Below, piece after piece: positions 52,439 through 61,032 of a stretch of DNA of 64,000 nucleotides. The stretch covers positions 20,967 to 84,966 of the forward strand of contig CAZWRJ010000002.1 of assembly GCA_964636215.1 (NCBI GenBank). The letters are read 5' to 3'. The notes beneath the pieces were generated by a model, which ran no database searches, was not told where the DNA came from, and was given only the letters and a program-made list of their open reading frames with translations. This DNA is from an uncultured Candidatus Saccharibacteria bacterium (lineage in GTDB: Bacteria > Patescibacteriota > Saccharimonadia > Saccharimonadales > CAZJQT01). Position numbers and translations under genes: made by a program. How positions within the stretch are numbered: position 1 is the stretch's first letter; each line of letters opens with the position of its first letter.

Positions 52439-53725
52439 TTAGGCCTTAATAAAATTCTGGCGGGCCCATTCGTCTAAGCTGCTACCGCCACCACCAGAGA
52501 TACAGACCACCAGATCACCATTCTGGCGATGTTTGTTTATATGCTGTTTTAATTTATCGTCTAGCGTTGCAGGCTCAGCCACTTCTTTATTACCCATTGA
52601 GTCGATCAACTCAACTGGACTTAGCACGGCTTGTTCTGGATCCTCGCGAGCGAGATAGCTAGGCACCCAATATAGTTTTTTTACCCCTGCAAACAGGTCT
52701 TTGTAATCGTCCTTGATAAAATGTTGCCGCCGGTTAGTCAGAGGCTCATAAACTACCACTACGTTCGGTGAAATCTCAAAGGCAGTTTGCAAACAGCCTC
52801 GGATTTTTAAGGTGGTGTGAGCGTAGTCACTATACAAATTGTCAGCTAGTTTCTCAAAACGACGACTGAGACCGGGGAAGCGATTCATGATTGGCACCAA
52901 TTCTTCCAACGGCTTACGAGTTAGCTCGTGCAGGGCACTTATAACCTGCCAGGCATTCTGGCGATTAACCTCTCCTACTAGACCAAGTTGCTTTAATACG
53001 TTGTCGTGTTTGTTAAGTTCGATGAAAGTTGGCGAATCGGCCAGGTCAAGCTTCTTGGCATCTTCTTGCCAGACAATTTGACGGTCTGATTGCTCTACAA
53101 ATTGCTTGAAGGCCTGTTGGTAATCCTCACGAGTAGGAAATATTTCGTGATGATCCCAGTCGACGCCAGTAATAATACTTAAGGCAGGATGAAAAGCTAA
53201 GAAATTTCGGTCAAACTCGTCGGCCTCGAGGACAAAATACTCACTACCAGGACTAAATTCACCCATTTCACCAAATGGGATTTTAGCTCCTACAGAATAG
53301 GTGATAGGCAGACTAAGTTGCTTAAATAGCCATACCAGCATGGCTGTAGTGGTAGTTTTACCATGAGTTCCGGCAACAGCGACTAGTTTTAAGTTTTTCT
53401 CGTCTATTAGGTGATTAATAAACTCGTCGCGTTTACTGGTCCTGATCTGTTTATCTTGGCAAAACCGTATTTCTGGAGCATCGGGTTGCTCAATAGCTAC
53501 CGCCGAAGAATAAACGTACCAGTCGATCGGAGACTTATCGTGAACAACAGCAATCTGGTCATATTCTTGACCGACATGGATATCTTTTATGCCGTGCTTT
53601 CTTAAATACTCTAGGTACTGCGACTCTTGCTTATCAGAACCAGAAATCGTGTAGCCAGCCTGTTTGGCGATTAAAGCTAATGGTCCAATGGCCGTACCGC
53701 CAACCCCAGAGAAGAAGATATGCAT
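52439..53725 (-). CDS. Mur ligase family protein (MurC/Mpl type)
   Basis: MHIFFSGVGGTAIGPLALIAKQAGYTISGSD, then VAVAGTHGKTTTTAML (P-loop), FVLEADEFD, DWDHHEIF and SDYAHT. I prefer ATG 53725 because the track start 53806 would overlap the divergent neighbour. Confidence 0.75.
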   Translation of the reverse strand: MHIFFSGVGGTAIGPLALIAKQAGYTISGSDKQESQYLEYLRKHGIKDIHVGQEYDQIAVVHDKSPIDWYVYSSAVAIEQPDAPEIRFCQDKQIRTSKRDEFINHLIDEKNLKLVAVAGTHGKTTTTAMLVWLFKQLSLPITYSVGAKIPFGEMGEFSPGSEYFVLEADEFDRNFLAFHPALSIITGVDWDHHEIFPTREDYQQAFKQFVEQSDRQIVWQEDAKKLDLADSPTFIELNKHDNVLKQLGLVGEVNRQNAWQVISALHELTRKPLEELVPIMNRFPGLSRRFEKLADNLYSDYAHTTLKIRGCLQTAFEISPNVVVVYEPLTNRRQHFIKDDYKDLFAGVKKLYWVPSYLAREDPEQAVLSPVELIDSMGNKEVAEPATLDDKLKQHINKHRQNGDLVVCISGGGGSSLDEWARQNFIKA

Positions 53726-53782
53726 ATCTAGTAGTCTAAAGTCTCGCCTGAAAAAGTCAAAAACCCCGTATAATCTTAGACA

Positions 53783-54394
53783 ATGAATAAGCGTAAACTT
53801 CATCACCTTTGGGTTCAGCTTCGAAAGGTGAGCTTATGGTATTTCTTAATTCTGGCGATAATCTCGTTTGTCATCGCCGTTTTTGCTCTTAGGCAAAATA
53901 ACCTAACGGCGCTTCATCTGCGAGATCAAGTCCTAGCAACCGATAAGGCCAACGGAGAGGTTGAGACTGCACTTAATAAGCTTCGCTTATACACCTACAG
54001 CCACATGAATACCGATTTAGCTACCGAAGGGGGCATATATCCACCTATCCAGCTTAAATACCGCTACGACCGTCTTGTAAAGGCTGAGAAGGACCGTGTC
54101 TCCTCGGCCAACAGCCAGATTTATAACGATGCCCAACACTACTGTGAGCAAAGAAACTCTGTCGATTTCTCAGGCCATAACCGGGTACCTTGTGTTCAAC
54201 AATACGTTACAACCCATGGCGTCAAAGAACAGGTTATCCCTGATGATCTATACAAATTCGACTTTGCCAGTCCACTCTGGTCAGCGGATGTTGCCGGGTG
54301 GTTTCTAGTACTAGCCGGCTTTTTTGGGCTACTATTCATCGTCCAATTTATCTTGGAACTTTGGTTACGCCACCAAGTGAAGTCCAGAAACTGA
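53783..54394 (+). CDS. Hypothetical membrane protein (N- and C-terminal TM helices)
   Basis: 203 aa with TM helices at WYFLILAIISFVIAVFAL and GWFLVLAGFFGLLFIVQFIL, and a Cys-containing extracytoplasmic middle domain. Confidence 0.5.
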   Translation: MNKRKLHHLWVQLRKVSLWYFLILAIISFVIAVFALRQNNLTALHLRDQVLATDKANGEVETALNKLRLYTYSHMNTDLATEGGIYPPIQLKYRYDRLVKAEKDRVSSANSQIYNDAQHYCEQRNSVDFSGHNRVPCVQQYVTTHGVKEQVIPDDLYKFDFASPLWSADVAGWFLVLAGFFGLLFIVQFILELWLRHQVKSRN

Positions 54395-54423
54395 GCTAAC
54401 TAACTTTAGAGCAAATTCTATCT

Positions 54424-54984
54424 TTAACTGGCTGGTTGGTCACACTTCTGACCGTTAGGATTCTGCTGATGGTACTTGATGACAGCTTTGGTCACTTGAC
54501 CGTCCTTCTTCAGGTTTTCCCAGAACATTACTTGGTCACGATTAATGACCATTTCGTCTTCTGGTCCATGAAGCTCACACCCTAACTTGACCAAATTAAT
54601 CTGCTGGTTGGAGTTTTTACTGGTATTTGGCTGTACTTGTTGGTTGACCTGAAGATAGTAGATATTGTTCATTCTAAGATAACTACCGTTTAAGTCAGTT
54701 ATGTTGCCAAAATAGACTTGGCCACCGTTTAGGAACACTGCTTGTAGCTCACTAGTATTAACAAAGTCATTCTCAGGGGTTGGTTTAGTAAGTACTATGG
54801 ACCAAACTAGCGCCACTATTAGCACGGTAATACAAAAGAGTAATACGACGCTGACAATTCGCAGCCAACTCTTTCCCGGTCGCCCCCTGCGCCCGTGGCT
54901 GGCAGCAGCGTGGTTAGTTGATTGTGTGTTTGCGGGCTGCGCTGGAGTAGCGCTGCGGTTCAACCATTCCATATATTGATTCAC
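54424..54984 (-). CDS. Hypothetical single-pass membrane protein
   Basis: 186 aa starting at GTG 54984 or ATG 54972. It has a TM helix (IVSVVLLFCITVLIVALVWSIVL) and an extracellular beta-rich domain. Confidence 0.5.
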   Translation of the reverse strand: MNQYMEWLNRSATPAQPANTQSTNHAAASHGRRGRPGKSWLRIVSVVLLFCITVLIVALVWSIVLTKPTPENDFVNTSELQAVFLNGGQVYFGNITDLNGSYLRMNNIYYLQVNQQVQPNTSKNSNQQINLVKLGCELHGPEDEMVINRDQVMFWENLKKDGQVTKAVIKYHQQNPNGQKCDQPAS

Positions 54985-55159
54985 CTTTTCACTTTGATTC
55001 TACCGAGCTAGTGTACTGCATAAGCGCTTTGCCGCGCAATACTTATTTGTTATCGTCTGGCTCCTGAGATTGCCTAAAGTTAACTTCTTGGCTGTTGTGT
55101 TTTAATCTGTAAAGGCCACTTTTTACCTCTGTTACACGCTGTGGAAATTCTTATAGGGG

Positions 55160-55189
55160 TTGACAAGTAAAAACCGAGCAGAGTATGGT
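55160..55189 (+). promoter_or_regulatory. Sigma70-type promoter of the 64-aa gene
   Basis: TTGACA at 55160-65, an 18-nt spacer and TATGGT at 55184-89. The SD GAGGGAGAG lies downstream, before ATG 55228. Confidence 0.55.
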
Positions 55190-55227
55190 AAGGGGTACTA
55201 ACACTAACGAGAGGGAGAGCTAACACT

Positions 55228-55422
55228 ATGGCTTACAAGCACACAAACTCAAAGGGAGTAACATACTACCTAAACTCCAAGATGGTTACACTTCGCGGTG
55301 GCAAGCAACAGACTATTTACTACTTCAGCAAGGACCAGCGCCCAGAGGCTTCTGAGCTTCCATCAGGTATGGAAGTCAACGAGAACCCACGAAACGGTTT
55401 CTTGACCGTCAAGCGCAAATAA
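55228..55422 (+). CDS. Small conserved-looking basic protein (64 aa), function unknown
   Basis: The product is MAYKHTNSKGVTYYLNSKMVTLRGGKQQTIYYFSKDQRPEASELPSGMEVNENPRNGFLTVKRK. It forms a monocistronic cassette with its own promoter, SD and terminator. Confidence 0.6.
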   Translation: MAYKHTNSKGVTYYLNSKMVTLRGGKQQTIYYFSKDQRPEASELPSGMEVNENPRNGFLTVKRK

Positions 55423-55442
55423 TCCAAATCAAAACGAAGAAC

Positions 55443-55476
55443 AGCCGGCCGGGGACCACCTGGCCGGTTTTCTATT
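55443..55476 (+). terminator. Rho-independent terminator
   Basis: CCGGCC(ggggaccacct)GGCCGG followed by TTTTCTATT, about 20 nt after the stop codon. Confidence 0.7.
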
Positions 55477-55566
55477 AAACAAAAGGGTAAGTTTCTATTT
55501 TTGCCCAAACGCATTTTCGTAACATTACTTAACACGTTAAGCTATTTTGTGATAGAGTAGGGGAGT

Positions 55567-56325
55567 ATGGTTGAGAACATAGTTGAAGTCCAAAATCTTA
55601 CCAAAAAATACGGTAAGAAGAAGGCTGTTGATGGCATAAGTTTTGAGATCAAAAAAGGTGAAATTTTTGGTATTTTAGGCCCAAACGGCGCTGGCAAAAC
55701 CACTACGCTAGAAATGATTGAAACGCTCAGGGAAATTGACGGTGGCAAAATCATTGTCGATGGTCTGGACGTTTCCAAAGACCACCAGGCTATTAAGTAC
55801 ATCATTGGCGTACAGCCGCAAAGCCCGGCTTTTATGGATAAGGTTAAACTGACCGAACAGTTGGAGCAGCTAGCTTCAGCTTACGGAGCACGCGTCAACG
55901 CCAAAAAACTGCTGGAAGAGGTGGGCTTAACCGATAAGGCAGGAAGTTATGTCGAACAACTATCTGGTGGCCAGAAACAACGATTCAGCATTGTTGCCTC
56001 TTTAGTTCACCAACCCAAAGTCTTCTTTATGGACGAGCCAACAACTGGACTTGATCCCCAGGCCAGACGTAATCTTTGGGATCTGATCCGTGAAACTCGC
56101 GATAAAGGCGTAACCGTACTTATTACCACTCATTATATGGAAGAAGCCGAACTACTTTGTGACCGAGTAGCTATCATGGACAACGGTAAGATTATCGCCC
56201 TGGATACTCCTAAGAACTTAGTCAAATTACTGCTTAAGAAAGGCTTTAAGAAAGCTCAGCACGTTGAGCAGGCTAATCTAGAAGATGTCTTTATTGAGCT
56301 GACCGGTAAGGAGCTCAGGGACTAA
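55567..56325 (+). CDS. ABC transporter ATP-binding protein (ABC-2/DrrA-like)
   Basis: 252 aa with GPNGAGKTT, LSGGQKQRF and VFFMDEPTTGLD. Confidence 0.88.
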   Translation: MVENIVEVQNLTKKYGKKKAVDGISFEIKKGEIFGILGPNGAGKTTTLEMIETLREIDGGKIIVDGLDVSKDHQAIKYIIGVQPQSPAFMDKVKLTEQLEQLASAYGARVNAKKLLEEVGLTDKAGSYVEQLSGGQKQRFSIVASLVHQPKVFFMDEPTTGLDPQARRNLWDLIRETRDKGVTVLITTHYMEEAELLCDRVAIMDNGKIIALDTPKNLVKLLLKKGFKKAQHVEQANLEDVFIELTGKELRD

Positions 56326-56327
56326 TT

Positions 56328-57434
56328 ATGAAAAAGACTTTCCTACCAGTAGCTACCTTCGGTAAAATCGGCATACGCCGGGCCTTTCGTGATAAAACAG
56401 CCATTTTCTTTATCTTCCTCTTCCCTCTTATTTTCTTGTTTGTTTTTGGTGGCATTTTCGGTAAAAACAACGGAGTTTCATTTAAGCTGGCTCTAGTAAA
56501 CCAGGCCAACAATGAATTCACTACTAAATTTGTCAGTCAATTGGAGCAAAATGAAGCCTTCAAGATCGATAAAGAAGCTACTTCTTTAGATGCGGCCAAA
56601 GAAAAAATGAGCCGTGGCCAGCTTGATGCCACTGTCGTTTTACCACCCGATTTTGGAGTGGTTAAAAATGGACAATACCCATCCGGGGAGGCTAAGATTT
56701 ACTACACTCAGAACAGCCAGAGTGCCGCCACAACTCTTGAATCGGTACTTGGTAGCGTATTTACAGACATCAATAAAACATTCGTAAAAGCCGACACCCC
56801 ATTTACGGTGACATCTGAACAGCTCAACACCAAAAGCCTTAGGCAGTTCGACTACACCTTTGCTGGTTTGCTCGGGTTTAGCATTATTGGTCTAGGCATA
56901 TTTGGCCCAGTCAACGTTTTCCCAGAGCTCAAAAAACAGGGAATTTTGCGCCGTTTACACACTACGCCGCTAAGGGTTTGGCAATACTTTGTGGCTAACG
57001 TCATGTCTCAGTCAGTTATTGGGCTCATGAGTCTGGCCCTAATGTTCTTAGTCGCTATCATCTTTTTTGATCTAAAACTAGCCGGAAATCCTCTAGAATT
57101 AATCTTCTTCCTGATAATCAGCATTGTGACAATCTTTGGAATTGGTATGGCTATCGGAGGTTGGGCCAAGGACCAAAACCAAGCGGCACCGTTAGCAAAC
57201 ATCGTAGTCTTTCCAATGATGTTCTTGTCTGGTACCTTTTTCCCGCGCTTTTTGATGCCCGAGTGGCTGCAAAAAGTATCCGCTTTCTTGCCCCTGACGC
57301 CAATTATTGACGGCATTAGATTAATTGCCACTGAAGGCAAACATCTAACTCAAATCATGCCGCAACTAGCTCTTATCTTCGGATGGATGGTTATCATCTA
57401 CGTGATTGCTTTCCGCGTCTTCCGTTGGGAATAA
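56328..57434 (+). CDS. ABC-2 family transporter permease
   Basis: 368 aa with one N-terminal TM helix, a large extracytoplasmic loop and five C-terminal TM helices. It lies 2 nt after the ATPase gene. Confidence 0.78.
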   Translation: MKKTFLPVATFGKIGIRRAFRDKTAIFFIFLFPLIFLFVFGGIFGKNNGVSFKLALVNQANNEFTTKFVSQLEQNEAFKIDKEATSLDAAKEKMSRGQLDATVVLPPDFGVVKNGQYPSGEAKIYYTQNSQSAATTLESVLGSVFTDINKTFVKADTPFTVTSEQLNTKSLRQFDYTFAGLLGFSIIGLGIFGPVNVFPELKKQGILRRLHTTPLRVWQYFVANVMSQSVIGLMSLALMFLVAIIFFDLKLAGNPLELIFFLIISIVTIFGIGMAIGGWAKDQNQAAPLANIVVFPMMFLSGTFFPRFLMPEWLQKVSAFLPLTPIIDGIRLIATEGKHLTQIMPQLALIFGWMVIIYVIAFRVFRWE

Positions 57435-57436
57435 TA

Positions 57437-58660
57437 TTACTGAGGTAGTCCGTAGTAGGTATCGTCTTCAACTTCTGCTGAAAATCTGACCGGGTCTCTT
57501 CCGGACCTGATACCGGGCAGGCCACCATACCACTGAACCGGGACTTCTTCGCCAGGCAGTATTCTGTATCGAAGCAGAAAACGATATAATCTGGCCGTTT
57601 TTAGTGTCTGGCCGAAATTTTCACTAAATAATAGTTCATCCGTGTCAAAAACTAACTCCTGCAATCTCTCCGATAATGTAGTGTAGTCACCACCTATATT
57701 TGCCAAATCAATAACACTCATTAAGGCTGCGAGCCTGTCACCGTAGAGACCAACAAACTTGTCTGGATCCTGCCGCATATCACGTTGCCTCGCGGCAGCA
57801 AGCTGGCTCATCGGCTTCATCAGCAAACCATATATTTCCTCAAATCCTTCCTGGGCTACAATCATCCGCTGCCAAGAATCTTCATCCTCGCGGTGATACC
57901 AAGCATTGTTAACGGTTAAGACTCCCGGTTTTGTCCTCCGGCGACTGGCAACATATAAGAAATCCTCAGGATGCTCAGCGACAGAAAGAGTCATTTCTCC
58001 GTAAAGTTTGAGACGTAATCTGGCATCTAAATCCAATCGCGTTTCCTGCTGCAGGCGATCACTCCTCTCACGGTTGTTTGCTGCTTGCTGATCTAGTTCT
58101 CGGGCTCTCTCATCAAATTCATCAAGCGCATTAGTTAATTTTCGGTCCACTATGGTCGGCACATTACTGCCGGTACTAGTTAGAAGGCGGCTGCTACCTT
58201 CGGCTTGATCAACCGCTCTACGTTTGTGAGGATTGATAGCTCGCTCATCATCGCTAGCCAGCCTCTCAAGAGCCTCTATGTAGTGTTGTTTATGGGTAGC
58301 ACTCATTTCTGCAAACCGGGGTAGATATGAGGTGACAATAGTAGTTACACCACTAGCCGCTTGCATTCTTCCAGCTTCATCTTGGCGCTTAGCTTCGGCT
58401 ATTCTAACTGATTGAGCGGCATTATAGTCATCGGTTAGCCAGTGTATATATCTGGGATTATCAGGACCGGCCGGTTTCTCTTCATCGAAACGGAAATTAT
58501 ATATGGTTCTGATTCGATCGCCGGCCGCTATACCGTTTTCAGGTTTATTTATTACCGCGCCGTTTCCATATTCATCTATGATTGTGGTGACTTCACTAAT
58601 GCCCCCCAAAAGCTCAGCTTCGACTGGTTTTAATTCATATACTCCATATCTTTCAGACAT
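57437..58660 (-). CDS. Hypothetical protein (407 aa), no recognised domain
   Basis: A long ORF that looks soluble and has a central charged, coiled-coil-like stretch (ERARELDQQAANNRERSDRLQQETRLDLDARLRLK). TAGAAT lies 6 nt upstream of the ATG and there is no SD. Confidence 0.55.
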   Translation of the reverse strand: MSERYGVYELKPVEAELLGGISEVTTIIDEYGNGAVINKPENGIAAGDRIRTIYNFRFDEEKPAGPDNPRYIHWLTDDYNAAQSVRIAEAKRQDEAGRMQAASGVTTIVTSYLPRFAEMSATHKQHYIEALERLASDDERAINPHKRRAVDQAEGSSRLLTSTGSNVPTIVDRKLTNALDEFDERARELDQQAANNRERSDRLQQETRLDLDARLRLKLYGEMTLSVAEHPEDFLYVASRRRTKPGVLTVNNAWYHREDEDSWQRMIVAQEGFEEIYGLLMKPMSQLAAARQRDMRQDPDKFVGLYGDRLAALMSVIDLANIGGDYTTLSERLQELVFDTDELLFSENFGQTLKTARLYRFLLRYRILPGEEVPVQWYGGLPGIRSGRDPVRFSAEVEDDTYYGLPQ

Positions 58661-58699
58661 ATATTTATTCTACACCTGTAAACAGATAACTTCAGTGGA

Positions 58700-58728
58700 T
58701 TGCAATATAAGCATAAGTATGTTATAGT
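58700..58728 (+). promoter_or_regulatory. Promoter abutting the start codon (leaderless-type)
   Basis: TTGCAA at 58700-05, a 17-nt spacer, TATAGT at 58723-28, then 6 nt (ctgttt) before ATG 58735. No SD is present. Confidence 0.55.
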
Positions 58729-58734
58729 CTGTTT

Positions 58735-59196
58735 ATGCCAAGATTTCCACTTCTTGACCCAGAAACCGGCGCAATTATAGAAACTGCGAGCCAGCTTGAT
58801 GGCGTAGTTAGAGCTCAAGCTGAGCTAGCCGCTGCCAAAGCGGGTGTACCTCTGCCCGAACCGGAACACGCTTCGGACTCCGAAGCCGTTCAAAGAGCTG
58901 ACAATCAAACTCGTCTAGCCTATAAAAGGGCAGCAGAAGATGAGAAGAAATTTGATCCAAACAAGCCCCCTTCTGATGCTGCAGCCGATCAAGGACACGT
59001 CCCTATAACAAGGGCTGACCTTGAAGAGAGTGTTGATCACGCGCGAAGGGCCACCCGACAATTAACGTTGATAGATGTTGCAGAAGGTCCAGAGTGGAAG
59101 CTTGATGACGTTACACGTGAAGTTGGGCGCCAAGGTGTTGCTGCCGCAAGAGTCGCCCTAGAAGACGCTCGTTCCGCTAGCAATGAAGCAAAATAG
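58735..59196 (+). CDS. Hypothetical protein (153 aa), Ala/Glu/Asp-rich
   Basis: The ORF is divergent from 57437-58660. It has no TM helix and no recognised motif. Confidence 0.5.
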   Translation: MPRFPLLDPETGAIIETASQLDGVVRAQAELAAAKAGVPLPEPEHASDSEAVQRADNQTRLAYKRAAEDEKKFDPNKPPSDAAADQGHVPITRADLEESVDHARRATRQLTLIDVAEGPEWKLDDVTREVGRQGVAAARVALEDARSASNEAK

Positions 59197-59315
59197 TACC
59201 CTGCTTTTGCAAGTGCAAACAAAATATGGACACGTCGTTTAGTTGTGAATAAAACTCACAATTTGCTACACTGAGTTATTAGATAAACCAAGTAACTAAC
59301 AAAAAAGGAAAATCG

Positions 59316-60407
59316 ATGGAACCAACAGAACCGAATCCATCAAATCAACCACTATTTCCGGCTAATAACGTGAGTCAACCGTCACCTCAACAAGATCCTC
59401 CTCAGCCACAAAACCCCCCTTATTCGCCGCCGAGCCCGGAACATTATCAACCATCATCTGGAACATTTGCGCCACAACCTTCTCAGCCAAATCAATCACA
59501 GGTTACCGGTCACATTTCTCCAAACGTTATTGTGCTCCAATGGCTAACTTATGCTTTCTGGGGCTGGACAGTACTAGCTATGGCGTTACTAACCGGTGCT
59601 GTATTGGCCAACTTCATAGCTAGTAGCGAAACAGGGGGGGTCGCACCTTACGCCATTGCTTCAGTACTAGTATTACTACCAATCTCCATTGTTTGTGATG
59701 TACTTTACTCTAAGCATGAGCCGCAAAAGAAGACCGGAGCGGCTTCTGTGGTTCTGGTTATCCACGCTGTGTTATTTGCTCTGTTTGGTATCGGGGCGGT
59801 TATTGGAATAGTCCTATCCCTAGTGACACTATTTACTAGTAGTTCTGCTACCGATAGCAATCAAGTTTCTCTTTACACTTTCATGATCGTATCCATTTTG
59901 TATGCCGCAGTATTGCTAAGAACGTTGAACCCGCCACGCTTCCCCTGGGTCAGACGATTCTTCATCATTTTCATGGCAGTAGTGGTTGGTTTAATCTCAA
60001 TACTTGGCATAGTCGGACCAGTGGCCAATGAGAGAACTACCAAAGACGATAAGCTTATAGAACAAAACCTATCAAGTATTAAGCTAGATGTCGATACTTA
60101 CGCTTCTCAAAACAAAAAGCTGCCTGATAGCTTAAGCTCTATCAATTTAGCAGGAGATGCTAAGAAGGCTGTTGATGCTAATCTGGTGAAGTATACTCCA
60201 AACACCAAACAAGCAAGCGTGACCACTGTTACCCCTACATATACAACTACCAATTCAACCTACTCGTCTACTATCTACTATTATGAATTGTGTGCAAATT
60301 ATAAAAAAGCTTCTAAATCGCAATATGCTTCTTACGGCACTGGCACTTCGACCGATAGTGATGGCTACTCAACTTACCTAACTGCCTATTACCATCCTGC
60401 GGGCTAA
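59316..60407 (+). CDS. Hypothetical polytopic membrane protein with Pro/Gln-rich N-terminus and extracellular C-domain
   Basis: 363 aa. The N-terminal ~65 aa are P/Q/S-rich, followed by five TM helices. The C-terminal ~130 aa include KLPDSLSSINL and YYYELCANYKK. Confidence 0.55.
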   Translation: MEPTEPNPSNQPLFPANNVSQPSPQQDPPQPQNPPYSPPSPEHYQPSSGTFAPQPSQPNQSQVTGHISPNVIVLQWLTYAFWGWTVLAMALLTGAVLANFIASSETGGVAPYAIASVLVLLPISIVCDVLYSKHEPQKKTGAASVVLVIHAVLFALFGIGAVIGIVLSLVTLFTSSSATDSNQVSLYTFMIVSILYAAVLLRTLNPPRFPWVRRFFIIFMAVVVGLISILGIVGPVANERTTKDDKLIEQNLSSIKLDVDTYASQNKKLPDSLSSINLAGDAKKAVDANLVKYTPNTKQASVTTVTPTYTTTNSTYSSTIYYYELCANYKKASKSQYASYGTGTSTDSDGYSTYLTAYYHPAG

Positions 60408-60459
60408 GTTTGTTATAAACTAAAAACCAATCCTTACTCTACTTATTAGATATGTAACA

Positions 60460-60535
60460 TGGTGGGGCAGGATGGAATCGAACCATCTACCAAGCGGTTA
60501 TGAGCCGCCTGCTCTGACCGATGAGCTACTGCCCC
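60460..60535 (-). tRNA. tRNA with CAT anticodon (elongator Met or lysidine-modified Ile2), CCA encoded
   Basis: The minus strand reads GGGGCAG TA GCTC ATCGGTCA GAGC A GGCGG CTCATAA CCGCT TGGTA GATGG TTCGATT CCATC CTGCCCC A CCA, a clean cloverleaf. The G1-C72 pair and C29-G41 argue against an initiator tRNA. Confidence 0.9.
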
Positions 60536-60579
60536 GTAACAGATGAAAGTATAACATCTGGTGTATAATATGTCCGTCA

Positions 60580-61032
60580 ATGTTAGATAAAATAAAAAAA
60601 ATAATAAACAATCAGCACTGGCAAAACTTCCGGGATATACGCTTCCTGGGCTTTGTGGCCTTCGGTATTATTGTTTTACTGACGACTTGGAGTGGGGCTA
60701 ATGTTATCGAAACTAATTACAAGCTTCAGAAACAAATTAGTCGTCTTGATCAGCAAAATCAGGTTAGTGAATTAGAAAACTCAAACTTGCAACTTCAAAC
60801 ACAGTACTTCAACACTAATACCTACTTGGAGCTAACTGCCCGACAACAATTTACTAAAGGTTCCCCGGGAGAGAGCCTGATCTTAGTTCCTAAGAGTGTT
60901 GCTTTGGCTTACGCACCTAAATTAACGGATTCGGAATTTGACGCATCAACAACTTCGGACAGTGAGTCGACTGGACACCAAAACAACCTTCAAGCTTGGC
61001 TGAACTTTTTCTTTCACCGACAGCAGAACTAG
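60580..61032 (+). CDS. Septum formation initiator family protein (FtsB/DivIC-like)
   Basis: 150 aa with an N-terminal TM helix (FLGFVAFGIIVLLTTW) followed by a coiled coil (NYKLQKQISRLDQQNQVSELENSNLQLQTQ). Confidence 0.65.
   Translation: MLDKIKKIINNQHWQNFRDIRFLGFVAFGIIVLLTTWSGANVIETNYKLQKQISRLDQQNQVSELENSNLQLQTQYFNTNTYLELTARQQFTKGSPGESLILVPKSVALAYAPKLTDSEFDASTTSDSESTGHQNNLQAWLNFFFHRQQN

Noticed and set aside
57437-60459. A genomic island integrated at the 3' end of tRNA(CAT).
   Set aside because: I could not find an integrase or recombinase, a duplicated tRNA 3' segment, or any phage or transposon genes. The spot-checked composition difference from the neighbours is small.
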